Origin: Oculina patagonica | Taxonomy: Eukaryota | Direction: 5' to 3' | Length of the DNA: 64,000 nt | Assembly: GCF_052425735.1 (NCBI RefSeq) | Contig: NC_135769.1 | Location: 15,376,001 to 15,440,000 of the forward strand | Shown: piece by piece, positions 13,554-27,000 of the stretch | Layout: the number at the start of each line of letters is the position of its first letter | Numbering within the stretch: the first letter of the stretch is position 1 | Translations under genes and position numbers: made by a program | Notes under the pieces: generated by a model | The model's database searches: none | What the model was told of the DNA's origin: nothing | What the model saw: the letters and a program-made list of their open reading frames with translations, nothing else

Positions 13554-16500
13554 ATGGTTAGAAATACGAAACTGTATTTCATGGTGATATTTTTGTTTAT
13601 AAACAATGCTCGCCTGGCGTACTCGGTGAGTGTCGACCACAAGTGCAGCAACGGAGAGCAGATGACTGTGTTATGGTGGAGCCAAGAGCCTTATATCTTC
13701 ACCCCAGAAGAACATGACCACGAGGACGAACACAATGAAGCAAAAACCGGGGGAGACTTGCCATCATTAGAAGGAATGTTTCCAGTTATCTTACGCCAAG
13801 TTATCAGGGGCTGTTGTCATAGCAACACGACTGTTAACTATACAAAGATTCCTGAGGGTCCCGCTAGCCTTGATAAACTTTTAGCCGAAAATAGCTTTGA
13901 TGCAATAATGCCCGTGGGAGCGAAGGTGGGAGCCGAGACCGTGCGTCGATTCCCCTTCGTCGGGGTGCTTGAGTCCCCAGGGGTAGCAGTTCTTATCAAG
14001 GGGAATGTGTCCGGGACTCAGCTGCTGCTGTCTGTACTTCAAGGCTGGCCTATACTCGTGTTTATTCTCATCTCAGCGACCCTAGCTGGAGTTGTTATCT
14101 GGTTGGTGGTAAGTGGAGATAATTAATGAAGCTTCTATAGAAGTGTATATAAAGGGCGCGTTTTTTACCCACAATTCTGGTTGTGGGTTAATGGTTGGTA
14201 CAGAATGCTAGGAATAATTCGGATTGCCTGCATTAAAAAACACCCATTACCGTAACCGCACACTTCTGCCAACCCTGTGTAGAACTTGCACTCTTTTATG
14301 CTCTTACGACTCTTGTTGTCGTTGTCTTCTCGACACTTCCGGAACGAAATGTAAGGCACTTCCACCTGTTCTCGGAGTTCGCTGCCGACGGAGAGCAGCC
14401 ATTTTTCTTCATCGTCGGCGGCAATCATTTGCCAAATTGCCTTTTTTGTACGAATAATCTTTGATAAAAGCCTCGTGCTTCTGAAACAATAAAATTAGTC
14501 GTCAAATTAGAAGCAATGTTTCATTGTGTCCAAAAGTGTAACCTAATTTTTTCTACGGTAGGGACGTATTTGAATCCGCAGCGCTTATCTCGCCGTCCAC
14601 CGTCTTGTATTTTCATTCACAATATTCTGTTCATTCTGCCCCTTTAAGTAGAATGGACGGAATGGCGTTCTATTCCGGAATAAGAATGCGGAATAGAAAA
14701 ACGCGCTCATTTCACATTCTGACCATTCTCGTTCCAGAATTGTGAATAAAGAAAGCGCTCCAAAACTCTTAGAAAAGCGCGGTACGTGTTACCTGAGTTC
14801 TGGGGTTGGAGCCAGACCTGGGCTATTGTCTTGTTGTTCTCATAGGCAAGATACTTTTAAGTTTAAACTCTTCATAACCTCTCTCCACCCAGCAGTATAA
14901 ATGGGTACTGCAAGGACAACCTGAAAAAATGCTGAATTACCCAGTGATAGCTCGTCTATGCCGTTCGCCATTAACAAAGCACTGGCACTCGGTTGCGAAT
15001 TCCGCCAGCTACGCAGGCTATTCAGTGATGGAATGACATTCTCAAAGCAACACAAAGCTTAAGGATGCCAACCAACGTGGTCGGCTGATCCAAACAGAAT
15101 ATGACCTAATGTTAAACAATAGTATGTTATTCAGTTGGTGGGCGCCATCCAATTGCACAGTTTAAAAACCTTATTGCTCGGTCACCAATTTTCGAGTACA
15201 AGCGGGGGAAAATCTCACTTCTTACTAATTTTGACTTCACGCTTGATTTGGGACATATCTTTTGCGTTCACACTAAATTGTAATTGACGGGGTGACTGAC
15301 AGAAGGGATACCAAAACCGTGAACACTTTTATTAGACTTTGAAAGAGAAAGCAGAGAAATAGTTACACACATTATTCGCAAAAAATAACCTATTGGCTCC
15401 ACCACTGTCCATTTGTTTATATTACTTGTAGTTTAAACTGTCATTCTGCAGGAATTTGCATGTCCAAGATAAATATTAATTGTGTTCACGGTTTCCTGGT
15501 GCACCTTGTCAAAGGGTCATGTAAGAGTGTTCTGGGAAAATCTCTAAAGCGATGAGAGATCGAGGGAAGCCTAAAGCATAATAAAAATGACAATAACACT
15601 GCAAAATGGAGACAGATTTTAAAATTCAAGACTTGGCGATAAGGCGCTCTATTTTCGATTTCTTTCGTTAAACATTGCCATGCCATTGTACAACTAGAGG
15701 ACAACTATTAACATGATACTTACAGGCCTTTGGTTATAAAAAACTCCAAGCAGCACTGAAAGTCAGAAATATTAATTTTACAGGTGTTTTAAATTTCAAC
15801 CCACAGGAGCGCAAGGAAAACACTGACCAGTTTCCCGCGTCATTTTCACATGGTGTGTTTGAGGGATTCTGGTGGGCTTTTATCACCATGACAACCGTTG
15901 GGTAAGTGCAACATTTAGATTCACAGCGGGATTCATAAGGGCTAGTGCTGTACAAGGATTGGAAAATTGAACAGCCTGGTCGATTTAAGAGGTAGCTTCC
16001 TGCGCAGGCGCTCTTTGGGCTCGTAACGCGTTGTGTGACGAGACCAAAGAGCTTCTGCGCATTGACAGTTTCAAGAGTTCAGTGGTGAGATGGGAAAATG
16101 TGAGACGCGCAGAAGTGGTGGCGGGTTTTATTGTGGCACAACTGTATTCCGTTGCAGAACATTTGGGACACTTTTTCACTGAAATAATTTAATTAATTCA
16201 CTTGAGTTCGTTTCAACCAAAGCCTTCATAAGGTACAGCATACATTTGTTTCGTACGATTCTCGTCCCCAGATATACTTTTTGAGTGTTTTTTTTTGTAC
16301 CGTTATAAGCTCTCGTTTCGTCAACCACGTAACCAAAATGAACAACAGCTCTGGCAAGGAGATTGGTCATGCGCGGTGGAGTGGTTGCACGAAACATTTT
16401 ATTTTCGTTTTTTTTCTTCGAATCAGAGAAGGATTTTCTTAGCAAACAGGTTAAGGTTTTTCCTGAGACAAATAAATAAAGCAATGTTCAAGACTCATGG

Positions 16501-19500
16501 AAAATTGCTTATATTAATTAAACATGCTGTTGTGCCACGTGAAGTCAGTTTCGCAGCAGCAGTAGCGACAATTTGATTTTTCAATAATTCGACCAAAGCT
16601 CAAAGTTTTTTTTACTGCTACTCGATATTGTCCAAAGTTCAACATGTCTGCAAAAAATAATAATTCCTGTTAATTATAAAACAAATTTAGAAGTTTGTGC
16701 TAATCCTGGTTTTAACAAACGCGCCGCATGCGTTTTTCTTAAGAAATTTGGGTATGCAATAACGGCTGTTCGATCATTGTATCGCTGAAATTAGACACCT
16801 ACGTCGCTCGTGCGTCAATAAGGTGCAGTTAATAAAAAGAATTTGTTTTTTCTTCTTATATCTCTGATATTTGTAAAGGTGATGAAATATATCACTGACT
16901 TTTTTAATTAAAGAAATGCTGTTACATACGTCCTAACTGAAAATGGACCTCGTGTGGTACCACTGATCCAGAAAATGCTACTCGCAAATTCACTGTTAAC
17001 CTCGCACTGCGCGCTTCACCGATTACGGTAACTTTCAAAATTGCTCGTCTGATTACTCTATGAATTATACTCAAACACTTCCTTTACTATGACTAGCGTA
17101 TTATTTATTCAGTAGAGAATTGCCAGCTAGACAGAGCCCTACTGAATGTTAAAGTAATACGAGAAAAACAGTCTATGGCTTAACTCAGTCGTATGACCTC
17201 ATCAATGTGAAGCCTTATCGTCCTGTAGTATTCGCTCGAAAATGTTGTTAGACAAAGAGAAACACTTGTAGATGGAGCGTTCGTTGCACACGCCACCGGG
17301 GACATGAAACAGGTGTACCACAAGTTAACATACTAATTACTGTTTTGTTTGCTTGTGTGTTTTTCTTTTGCCAATATCAGATGCATGTCCATATTTCTCC
17401 CTGTGCTTTTCCTAACTTATTCTTTAAACATAACTCGTATTAATCATATGACTTCTATTCTGGCCTCGCCATTATTAAGCCGTTCTTTTTCGTATAATAT
17501 TCAATCAATGTATCTTTCACTACGTCTAAAATATCCAAATCCCAGGCATCTTTTCAGGTTTTTACATACATATGGCTTTTTTAATAAACCTCAGTGACAT
17601 TTATGCTAGTAAAGATGACGTCTTGGTTTTTTTTAAGTTATCCTAATCATTAATTAAAAAATAGTACCCACGTAGAAGCCTGCACTGTCATCTTAATTTG
17701 ACAGCAAACATCATTGAAAAAATTCTAAGTACATTTTATGTAAACCTCACTCGCATAACATCTGAGTAGGCGAGTTCTGGGTTACTTCAGTTTACTTTCT
17801 TCGCTTACTGAGGTTTGTCACTTTGAGTAATCGGATTTTGAATTAATATCATGAAGCAATCATCTTGCGAAGCAGTGCCGCACTATTTCCCTTTAATCTC
17901 CGAAGTTGAAGACCTCTACTGGGCTTACATCGTTAACTGTATCTTGAACAACTTTCTTTCTTACACTGCCATTATGCTAAACATTGTAACTCTCCATGTG
18001 ATAAGAAAAACTTCGTCGTTGCCAAAAACTTTAAAGACATTGCTCCTGAGTCTTGCTGTTTCTGATGTTGGCGTTGGTTTATTGGCCCAACCGCTATATA
18101 CCTCACTTCTCGTCAAGTGGTTTCAACAAACCAATCCCAGCTGTAGCAACTACAAGGTTTTTCTCGTCATCATGCTTTTGTTTTCGTTAGCTTCGTTGTT
18201 TGGTGTTGTGGCTGTTAGTGTAGACAGGTTTTTGGCTATTCATTTTCATCTCAGATACCGGGAACTTGTGACTTACAAGCGTGTTGTTGCTGTGGTGATG
18301 TTAATATGGGTGCTTAGTGCATTTTTTTCTTTGACGACGTTGTGGGTTGCTCCAGGTATTCGATCCATATTTCTGTCCGTTAGTGTTGTTGTTCTTCTTC
18401 TTTTTACAACGATGGTTTACATCAGGATCTATTTAGCCGTACGACGCCACAAGAATCAGATTCAGGCTCTGCAAGTCAATGAAGCAGCGCAGACTACAGA
18501 AATGACAAATTTTGCGAGCCTCGTTAAATCTGCAGTCGGTATATTCTACGTGTATCTCGTGTTTTTTGTTTGTTATTCGCCCTTCTTCATCTGTTTGGCT
18601 GCCATCAAAGTCAATGGCCCGAGTATCCCTTTGAAAAGATTTTCTCTTTTCTCGTGGACTCTGGTATTTCTTAACTCTTCTTTAAACCCAATAATTTATT
18701 GCTGGAAGATGAGACACGTTCGACACGCTGTCATGGACATACTGCGGAACATGCCACGGAACAGAAATCGCGGCACATCACAATAATCGGAGGGCTGGCC
18801 ATTCTATTTTATGATTCTTCACATTCGGTGTTGTGGTTGTTAATAAACGCCTTTGGTATATAAAAGGATGGAGAGCAGTCTGAAACCGAGCTGCAGTAGG
18901 ATAAAGAAAAGCGCCGCGGCTAAAGAAGGAATATAGAGTCAGGCTCATTATTACATTATGGCTGGACGCCTATCAAGAAGGACGCACTCTCTCTCGCACT
19001 CGGCTCGATAACAACCTTCTAAATCAATTTTAGCCTTTTATTTGTTATGATAACTTTATACTACATAACTTAAACATACATATTTGATAGGCCTAGGCTT
19101 TCGTTTCAAAAAATTTTCTTAAATCGCACTTTAATGATGATGATAATGTTCAGCAACAGGAGGATTCATTGTGGTGTGAATATCATGCAGACACTCGAGT
19201 GTCATGTTCACTCGACACCTCTAGGAATACTTGCATTACGTAAACTGTTACAGTTTAAAAGTTTATTTCGCAATTCGTTTGATGAGTTTGGGAAGGATAA
19301 ATAGTAAAGAGTCAATGCCATGTTACCACGTTTTGCAGTGTATAAAGTTGCCCGTCTTCAAATCGGCGAAAACCATAAAATAACTGTTTACCAATTAGGT
19401 AGAAAAACACTTAAGACGTAACAATAAACGGAGAAAAAGCAAGAACGGATGGCTTCGAATGGTGAGGAAAACTGAGATGAATTTTAATTGGCAAACTTGA

Positions 19501-22500
19501 AAATCACACTGAATTTTGTCAAATTGTGCCGTACGTGACATAGTTCCTTCAATATCCCATCTGTTTCTACATCTTGTTTCTGTTGCTGTCAGAATTAAGG
19601 TGAATGACACCTTTTTGGTAGGAACAAACACTTCACGAGTTGAAAGGACTACAGGACAAGACGTCAATTCAGTTCAAAGGCAACAAGAGATATTAAACAA
19701 TAAAAGTGAAATACATATGATTCAGCTCCAATTCTGCATTGAGAAAAAGATAAAAGATAAGATTCTCCTGTCATTCTAAATTTGAGTTATATAACAAACG
19801 TGAGTACAGTAGATTCCCGATTTTTCAAACCCTCATTTTCTCGAGCCTCTCAATAACTTGAAGTCGTTTCCCGTCGATTTGCTTCATTATTAAAGTCAAA
19901 CATTGCAGTTCTACTCCCATTTCTCGGCCGAGTTTTCGAACCAATTTCCAGTTTCCTTGAAAGTTCGAGAAATCGGAATCCCACTGTAAGTTAAAACATG
20001 TATATGCATGCACTTCAGTGTCTACAAATTATTTTTAAACCCTATGAAATCAAAAGGAAATGATATTTTTTAGCATAAAAAGAGTTTAGTTAACTGAACA
20101 AAATTTGCAAATTGAGAAACGGTACGTTTTCGCGGTTTCTAAAAGCTGGTTTTCATATGATCAAAAATTAGTTAGGGAGCTCCCAGCGGCCCGGGGCGGG
20201 GGGCCCCCATAAATGGGGGGGATATAAGACACACGGACTACTTTAAGAAAAAACAAGAAATGGTCCCAAAAAATAACTGCACGGTTGATGGAAACTTAAA
20301 TAAACGCTGTTTCGGAAGGACTGGAAAAACAGCACCTTTTTTAGCAGTAATCCAAAGAGCTGTCTTTTATCGGGTAACTGCAAATAAATAACTGGTAATA
20401 CTTATTATTTATAAGCTGCAAGTTTTTGTCAACAAGTGTTTTCTCATCTTGGGAGTCCGATTGCCGAACGTTAATAGCAATGTAGAGCTGCTAAGAAAGT
20501 CCAACATGGAAACCATAGAAACATCAGTTAAGCGAAGGAAATGGCGCTGGATTGGCCACACTCTCAGAATAGAAAGTAACAATGTGGTGAGAAAAGCCTT
20601 GCACTACCACCCACAGGGGAAGAGGAAAGTTGGACGGCCATGAATAACTGTAAGCGGTCCATGCTGCAACAGTTCAAACGAATAGTCTACTCCTGGGAAA
20701 GAACCAAAACATTAGCAAAGGACCATGTGCGTTGGAGAATACTGGTGGACGCCCTGTGCTCCCACGACAGCGAAAAGGAACAATCATGACAGAAGTTCAG
20801 AACATTGAACATAACTTAAAAACAAAATAGCATAATTTCTAAATTTATTTCTCGTCTTCTTGAGTGCTGATTTTACTTCAAAGAAAGCCATTTCGGTGTT
20901 CAAAACAAGCAAAAAGTATTATGTAATGCTAACCGGGGTTTAAGTCCCTTAAACGTAGGTTAACTAACCATCCCAGTAAGAAGTTTAACCTCGAGTTTAT
21001 CTCTAACCCTCATTGGAACAACCGGGACCAGGAAACCATTTATAACTTTTAACTTATTATACTTTAATGTTATTATTTTAACCTTTACAGCGGAGAAAAT
21101 CTAGGTAGTACATTCTCGCAAGGAGATACCTGTGTAAAAACTGGTCTAACTTGAATAACTTGTTTATGATCGATAACGAATTTGCTAACAAGGAATATAA
21201 CTGTACCGTGAAGGTAAAATTCAAATTTCATACAACCCCACAATAAGTGGCTCTGATGTTTTATTCTCTATCTAAAAAGTTGAGTCAGAAGCGACCCAAG
21301 GTTGTTCCACCTGAATCAACAACTTTAAAGACACATGCATTATTTACACGATTTAGGGGCGTATAAATATACGCACATTGTTGAATCATGCTTATTGTAT
21401 CATTTATTATTGTATATACTTGTAAGAAAAAGTTAACGTATGTCGAGGCGCATTTTTATTCGATTATTACTAAACGTTTATTTCTTTTGTATCCCCTTAA
21501 GATTAAAGTAGTGACTCTCTCAGCTTGTGAAACAATTTCTGCTTCATAAACAACACCATATTTGTCTTAAGGTGTTCATCGTCGAAGATCTAACTTCTCT
21601 TATCTTCCAACAATATAAGACAGGGTTGAGTGTTGAGTTAAAGAAAACAAGTGTTGATGAAAGTGTCCATGCGAAAAAAACAGACGAAGTCAATCCTTCT
21701 ACAGCTATTGAAACTGAAGTTAAAACCATGGGAAGATAGCATGCAAGTACTGAAACCTGTATCCACAATGCACTGGACACTGTCTTTCTGTATCGCGCTA
21801 TGTTCAATGGCTCATGTCCGTTTGGTTGTCCTTGGTGAACGTGTTCTTGTATTTGAGCTTGATGATGAAGGAGCTTTAAGTAGATCTTAATGTAGCAGTA
21901 AGTTGAGACAATTATACATAAAAGAACAACTATCGCGACGTAACATGCTGTTATCTTCTTGTTCCAAAACACCACGGTGGCAAAGCCGATGCTCAGAATC
22001 CAAAACCAAATCACACTAAACAGAACTCTTTTAAAAGTAACCACTTGTCTGTATCTCATGCCCAGTAACAGGGCGAGAAGTCTGTCCACGCTTATTGCGG
22101 TCAGTGTGAACAACGACACGCAACATAAAACCTGGCCTGCAAAAAGGGTAAAGACAACGATCTCACGGCAAAGATTCAAGCTTTTGTTAACCACAGTCAT
22201 TAAAAAAATGACAAAGAGCGGCTCCAAGAGCATCCCAACGCAAAAATCAGTGAGCGCCAATGAACGTAACAAGATCTTGGAGGGTGGATGAAGGGACGAC
22301 TCCTTGTGAAGGGCGACTAAAATCACAGTATTACTTAGCATTGAAGTGATGCCCAGAAAAATATGAAAGGCTATGATGCAAAACCACAATGCATGGGATC
22401 CAATTAATAAACGTGCAGTACAAAAAGGTTCATCTTGCGCATCATGATAATCAGCTTCCATCAGTGCCTGTCAGTGTGGGTATTGAACGTGTTTGGTGCA

Positions 22501-24036
22501 AAACATTCATCCTCGGTGATTATAACTCGTAAAGCCATGACGACAAATCAGACTTAGGCAGAGTTTGCAGTGAGCGGCTGGAAATATTAGACTAACTTCA
22601 TTCAGTTAAAAGCAGTCTTGGTAGCCTTAAGTTTGTTATAAGGCAAAAGGCTCGAGAATTAAAATTGTTCCAAAGAACGTGAATCAAGCGTGTGAATTAA
22701 GCAGCTTAGAAGCAGCCTTCGCTGTTTATTTTCAATATAAATCCGTGTTAGAATGTCAGTCTATTCTTTATGACTTTAGATTTATTTTGTCAGCTTTGCA
22801 TCCATAAAACTCATCATTATTTGATGAAGGGTGAGTGTTATTTACTTACTTCTTAAAAACAGATTTAAATTATCTTTGAATGCGAAATCAGTTTGTTCGA
22901 TTTGAAATATACTTACAGAGTGATTACAAGGGATGTCTTGTGATAAAATTTTAATTCAGTTTGCTTTCTTGTTTTTAATTGCCAGCTTGGTTTAGTTATA
23001 TTCATGTTGGTAGGTTGAAATCTTTTTGAAACTCGTTAGCTGCGGCCAAAGTTCATCTAAAATGGCAAGTCAGTTTCTGTTCACACAGCAAGTTTTAATT
23101 ATAAAAACCTGATTGTTGTTTTCCATGAGCGCTGCTGGTTCATCAGTAATGAATTGTCAGGGAGCGGTTCTTGATCTGTTCAGTTGTGCTGGTAGACAAC
23201 AAATAAGTAAAAAACTTAATAAATAAGTAGCTTGATTCCTTCGCAAGATAATTCATCTTTCAAAACTTGCATGAATATCTCCTCAAATTATTTAGCTTTT
23301 TGTTCTTTTTCAGTTGCCTCGTTAACAACAAATACATCTAATTTTTCTCCATGATGTCAGACATCATTTATATTCAGGCCAGTGAGACACAAGGCAGCAC
23401 ATCTAATCAAGGTCTCAAATTTATTTCAGCTGGACTTTACAATACAATATTTATATTCTGGTAAATAAGCAGCAAGAATATTAATTGATACTTGTTTTCC
23501 GTAAGTGCTGATGTTTTGTCAGAAATGATTTTTTAGCAAGTGTTCCTCTCTTTTTATTCAGTTACGCTGGTGCAATACATTAAATACGTTGATTACACCA
23601 GTAGAAACTTCCTACGGTTTTAAAAGAAAACTGAATTGCTACACAATTGTTCGTGAAATATTAAGACCACATTCTTCAATAATCATTAGCCTTCTTCCCA
23701 AAACACATCGCCGAAACCTCTTAGACTTGTTCAGTTTTTTTATTTGGTAGTATTCTCTGCATTTAGTTAGTCAGTTAACCAGTAAATTAGATAGTTCAGT
23801 TAGACAGTTAGTTAGTCACTTAGTTAAGTTAGTTAATGAGTTAGTTTTTCATTTAAAGATTTTAATGATTCTTAGTTTTTATTTCCATTTTTACAGCTCA
23901 GCTATTTTATGTTAGTATTTCCTTTTATCACTGATGTAAATGTTTTAAGTAAATTTCACTTTTTAATAATATTTTTACTGTAAAGCGCCATGAGCCATGG
24001 ATATGGCGCTATATAAATCTTTTATTATTATTATTA

Positions 24037-24080
<44 letters not shown>

Positions 24081-27000
24081 GTTGGTACAGATTGATGCAC
24101 TTACTCAGATGACTTACTCAGAAGGTATAGGCTATAAACTAAACACGTATACTTCATAGTACTCCAATCTTCAATTTTTTTCTTCTTGTCTTTTTATCTG
24201 AGGTTCAGTAAATGATCCTTCATATTCACCCTCTCTCTGTCTTATAGTTTCCATAACCGCTCGTCTTACTCCTCTAATCTTCCAGCAATATACAATCGGG
24301 TTCAGAGTTGAGTTGGGGAGGCGAGGTGGCCTAATGGTTAGCGCGCTCGACTCCGAGTCGAACGGCCCGGGTTCGAGGCCTGGCCGGGGAGCTGCGTTGG
24401 GCAAGACACTTAACTCTCGCAGTGCCTCTCTCCACCCAGGTGTATAAATGGGTACCGGGGAATTTACTGCTGGGGGTAACCCTGCGATGGACTAGCATCC
24501 CATCCAGGGGGGAGTAGCAATACTCCTAGTCGCTTAATGCTACGGAAACCGAGATAAGCTCCGGCTGTATAAGCCTCATGGCTCGGACACAGACTTTACC
24601 TTTTTACCTTTTCAGAGTTGAGTTAAAGAACATAAGTGTTGATGAGAATGACCAAGCGACAATAAGATATGAGGTCACTCCTCTAATTGTAATTAAAATC
24701 ATAACTATACCCATAGGAAGGTAGCATGCAAGGACTAAAAACTGTACCCACAATGCACTGGAAACTGTCTTTCTGTATCGCGCTATGTTCAATGGCTCAT
24801 GTCCGTTTGGTTGTCCTTGGTGTTCTTGTATTTGAGCTTGATGATGAAGGAGCTTTAAGTAGATCTTAATGTAACAGGAAGTTGAGACAATTATACATAA
24901 TACAAGGCATATAATGATAAAATATAAGTTTGACCTCATGTTCCAGGGCGAGAAGTCTGTCCACGCTTATTGCGGTCAGTGTGAACAACGAGACCAAACT
25001 CAACACCTCACCGGTAAAAAAACTAATATCATGAATTAGGTAACAAAGATCCAACCTTTCGTATTCTATAGCTACTGTTATAAAATGTGTGGCAAAAAGC
25101 GGCTCCACGAGAATCCCAACAAAGAAATCAGTGAGCGCCAGTGAACGTAACAGGATCTTGGAAGGTGGATGAATGGACGACTTCTTGTGAAGGGCAGCTA
25201 GGATCACAGTATTACCTAACGTTGAGGTGATGGCGAGAAAAATATGAAAAGCTACAAGAAACCTCGGTACATGCCTTCCTATTAGTAGAGATGAATTGCA
25301 AATGTCTCCATGTTCGTCTCCATCTTCCATGTTTACTATTATGCTAAACAGTCGTATTGGATGATCTGCAGATATGAGCCCTTGTGAAATATAATGAGGA
25401 ATGAGGCTAAGCCAAGCTCGAGGTTTTTGTGATGCGTCTTCAAATTTGCGTGTAGCTACGAAAAGGCATTCCGTGATTATTTGGGTGCGCGACAGGCTAT
25501 TTATTCATCATACCAAATGTAATATAAAATTGAACGACCTGCCCTTAATAAATCGATCAATCAATCAATTCTTTACTTGACTAACTGTTGTACAATTTCA
25601 TTATTTTTATCATTGGAGGCCAAAAGAATATTAGCAATGGTGATGAAGTATTTTTTCTATACCCTACTGACAGCTAAAATAATCGTTTAATAACTTTAGT
25701 GAACTCTCTTACCTAAATGCACGAAGTCACTTTCTTTCCTCTTGCTCTTCTTCACCTCATTTTTATTTACTAGTAGTTTTATGGATAAGATTTGACTCAA
25801 ACTGAAATGCATATCAGTTTTGAAAGGAGTTATTGACATTTCTTGTATTGTTTTTGTCGTTTTTGAGGCTTCAGTTCAACTGAGTTGTCAGCATGATTCA
25901 AGTGCATTCAAAAACTGAACTGAATTTGAATTGACCGGATCGAACTGTAGATAAACGGACTTTATTTTTTCCTTTTTTAAAAGGTTTTTCACAACAGGTG
26001 TTACTTCTCTGGAATAAATATTAAGGCTTCTTGTTTTGTTTGTTTTATCGATGTTGTATATCAAGTTAGTATAAACACAAGGTGGTAAACTTTACAAATA
26101 TGACAAGTTTCGGGCTCTTTGAACGAAAGTGAGGTTTACTATGCTTGTGCTACTATGTCTTATAGAAAGCCCTTTTTCTTATGGAGCAAAAAAACACCCC
26201 CACTTTTAAATTCACTGACATAACGAATTCAGAGACTGCCAAATATTAATTATATAAAAGTAAATTACTGTCAATGAGTGGTATATAAAAATACTTGGGT
26301 TCCCTCTGGTGGTAATAATTTCCTTGGAACACAATGGCGTCCTACATCCAGCTGAAAACTCGATAAATTAAAAGAAATTGAACTCATATAACTCATACAA
26401 TGAACTCATATCGCTCAGCTATATATTTTATTTATATGACAGGTAAACAATCCTGCACGCACAGGGGTTTAATTAATTTTAAAACGAACTGCGGAAAAGC
26501 AACTTTGTCGTTTTCGTTCTAGTCTTTTTATGACAATCGGCTTAGCTTTAGAAGTTTCGAGAATTATTGCGGTTTTCAGTGAAATGCGAACTCTGAAATT
26601 CGAAATCCAACTTACGATTGCGTTTTCGCTGCCGTCAATCATAATTATGGCGGCAGCTAACGAACCATGAAAAACAGAAACAAACAAAATGGACCGAAAT
26701 GTACCAATCACAACTGACAGACGTGACCTTTTGACCGTCACTTCAACTGGGCCAGTTGAAGTGAACGTCTGTTTCCCGAGAGGTCCGCTACAATGATTGA
26801 CGGCAGCAAAAAGCGTAAACCGTTAGTTGAAGATTGAATTTCAGAGTTCGCATTTCACTGAAAACCGCAATAATATTTGAAGACGCATGCATCACACAAA
26901 GTTTCGCCTAAGTCTTACCGCCATTGCACACCAAGTTGAATACCGGTTGGTCAGATTCGTTAGCGCTGTATCAATCTAACACTGAACTTGGTTATTAAAG

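Noticed and set aside
7485-14126. Bacterial contamination or very recent horizontal transfer as the source of the GluR0-like genes
   Set aside because: Both genes have 6-7 spliceosomal introns, six at shared positions, and are embedded among animal GPCRs, USP7 and host repeats. An ancient transfer cannot be excluded without a phylogeny.
24315-24390. tRNA-like sequence with A and B boxes
   Set aside because: It is the head of a SINE (body, tail and TSD are present), not a tRNA gene.
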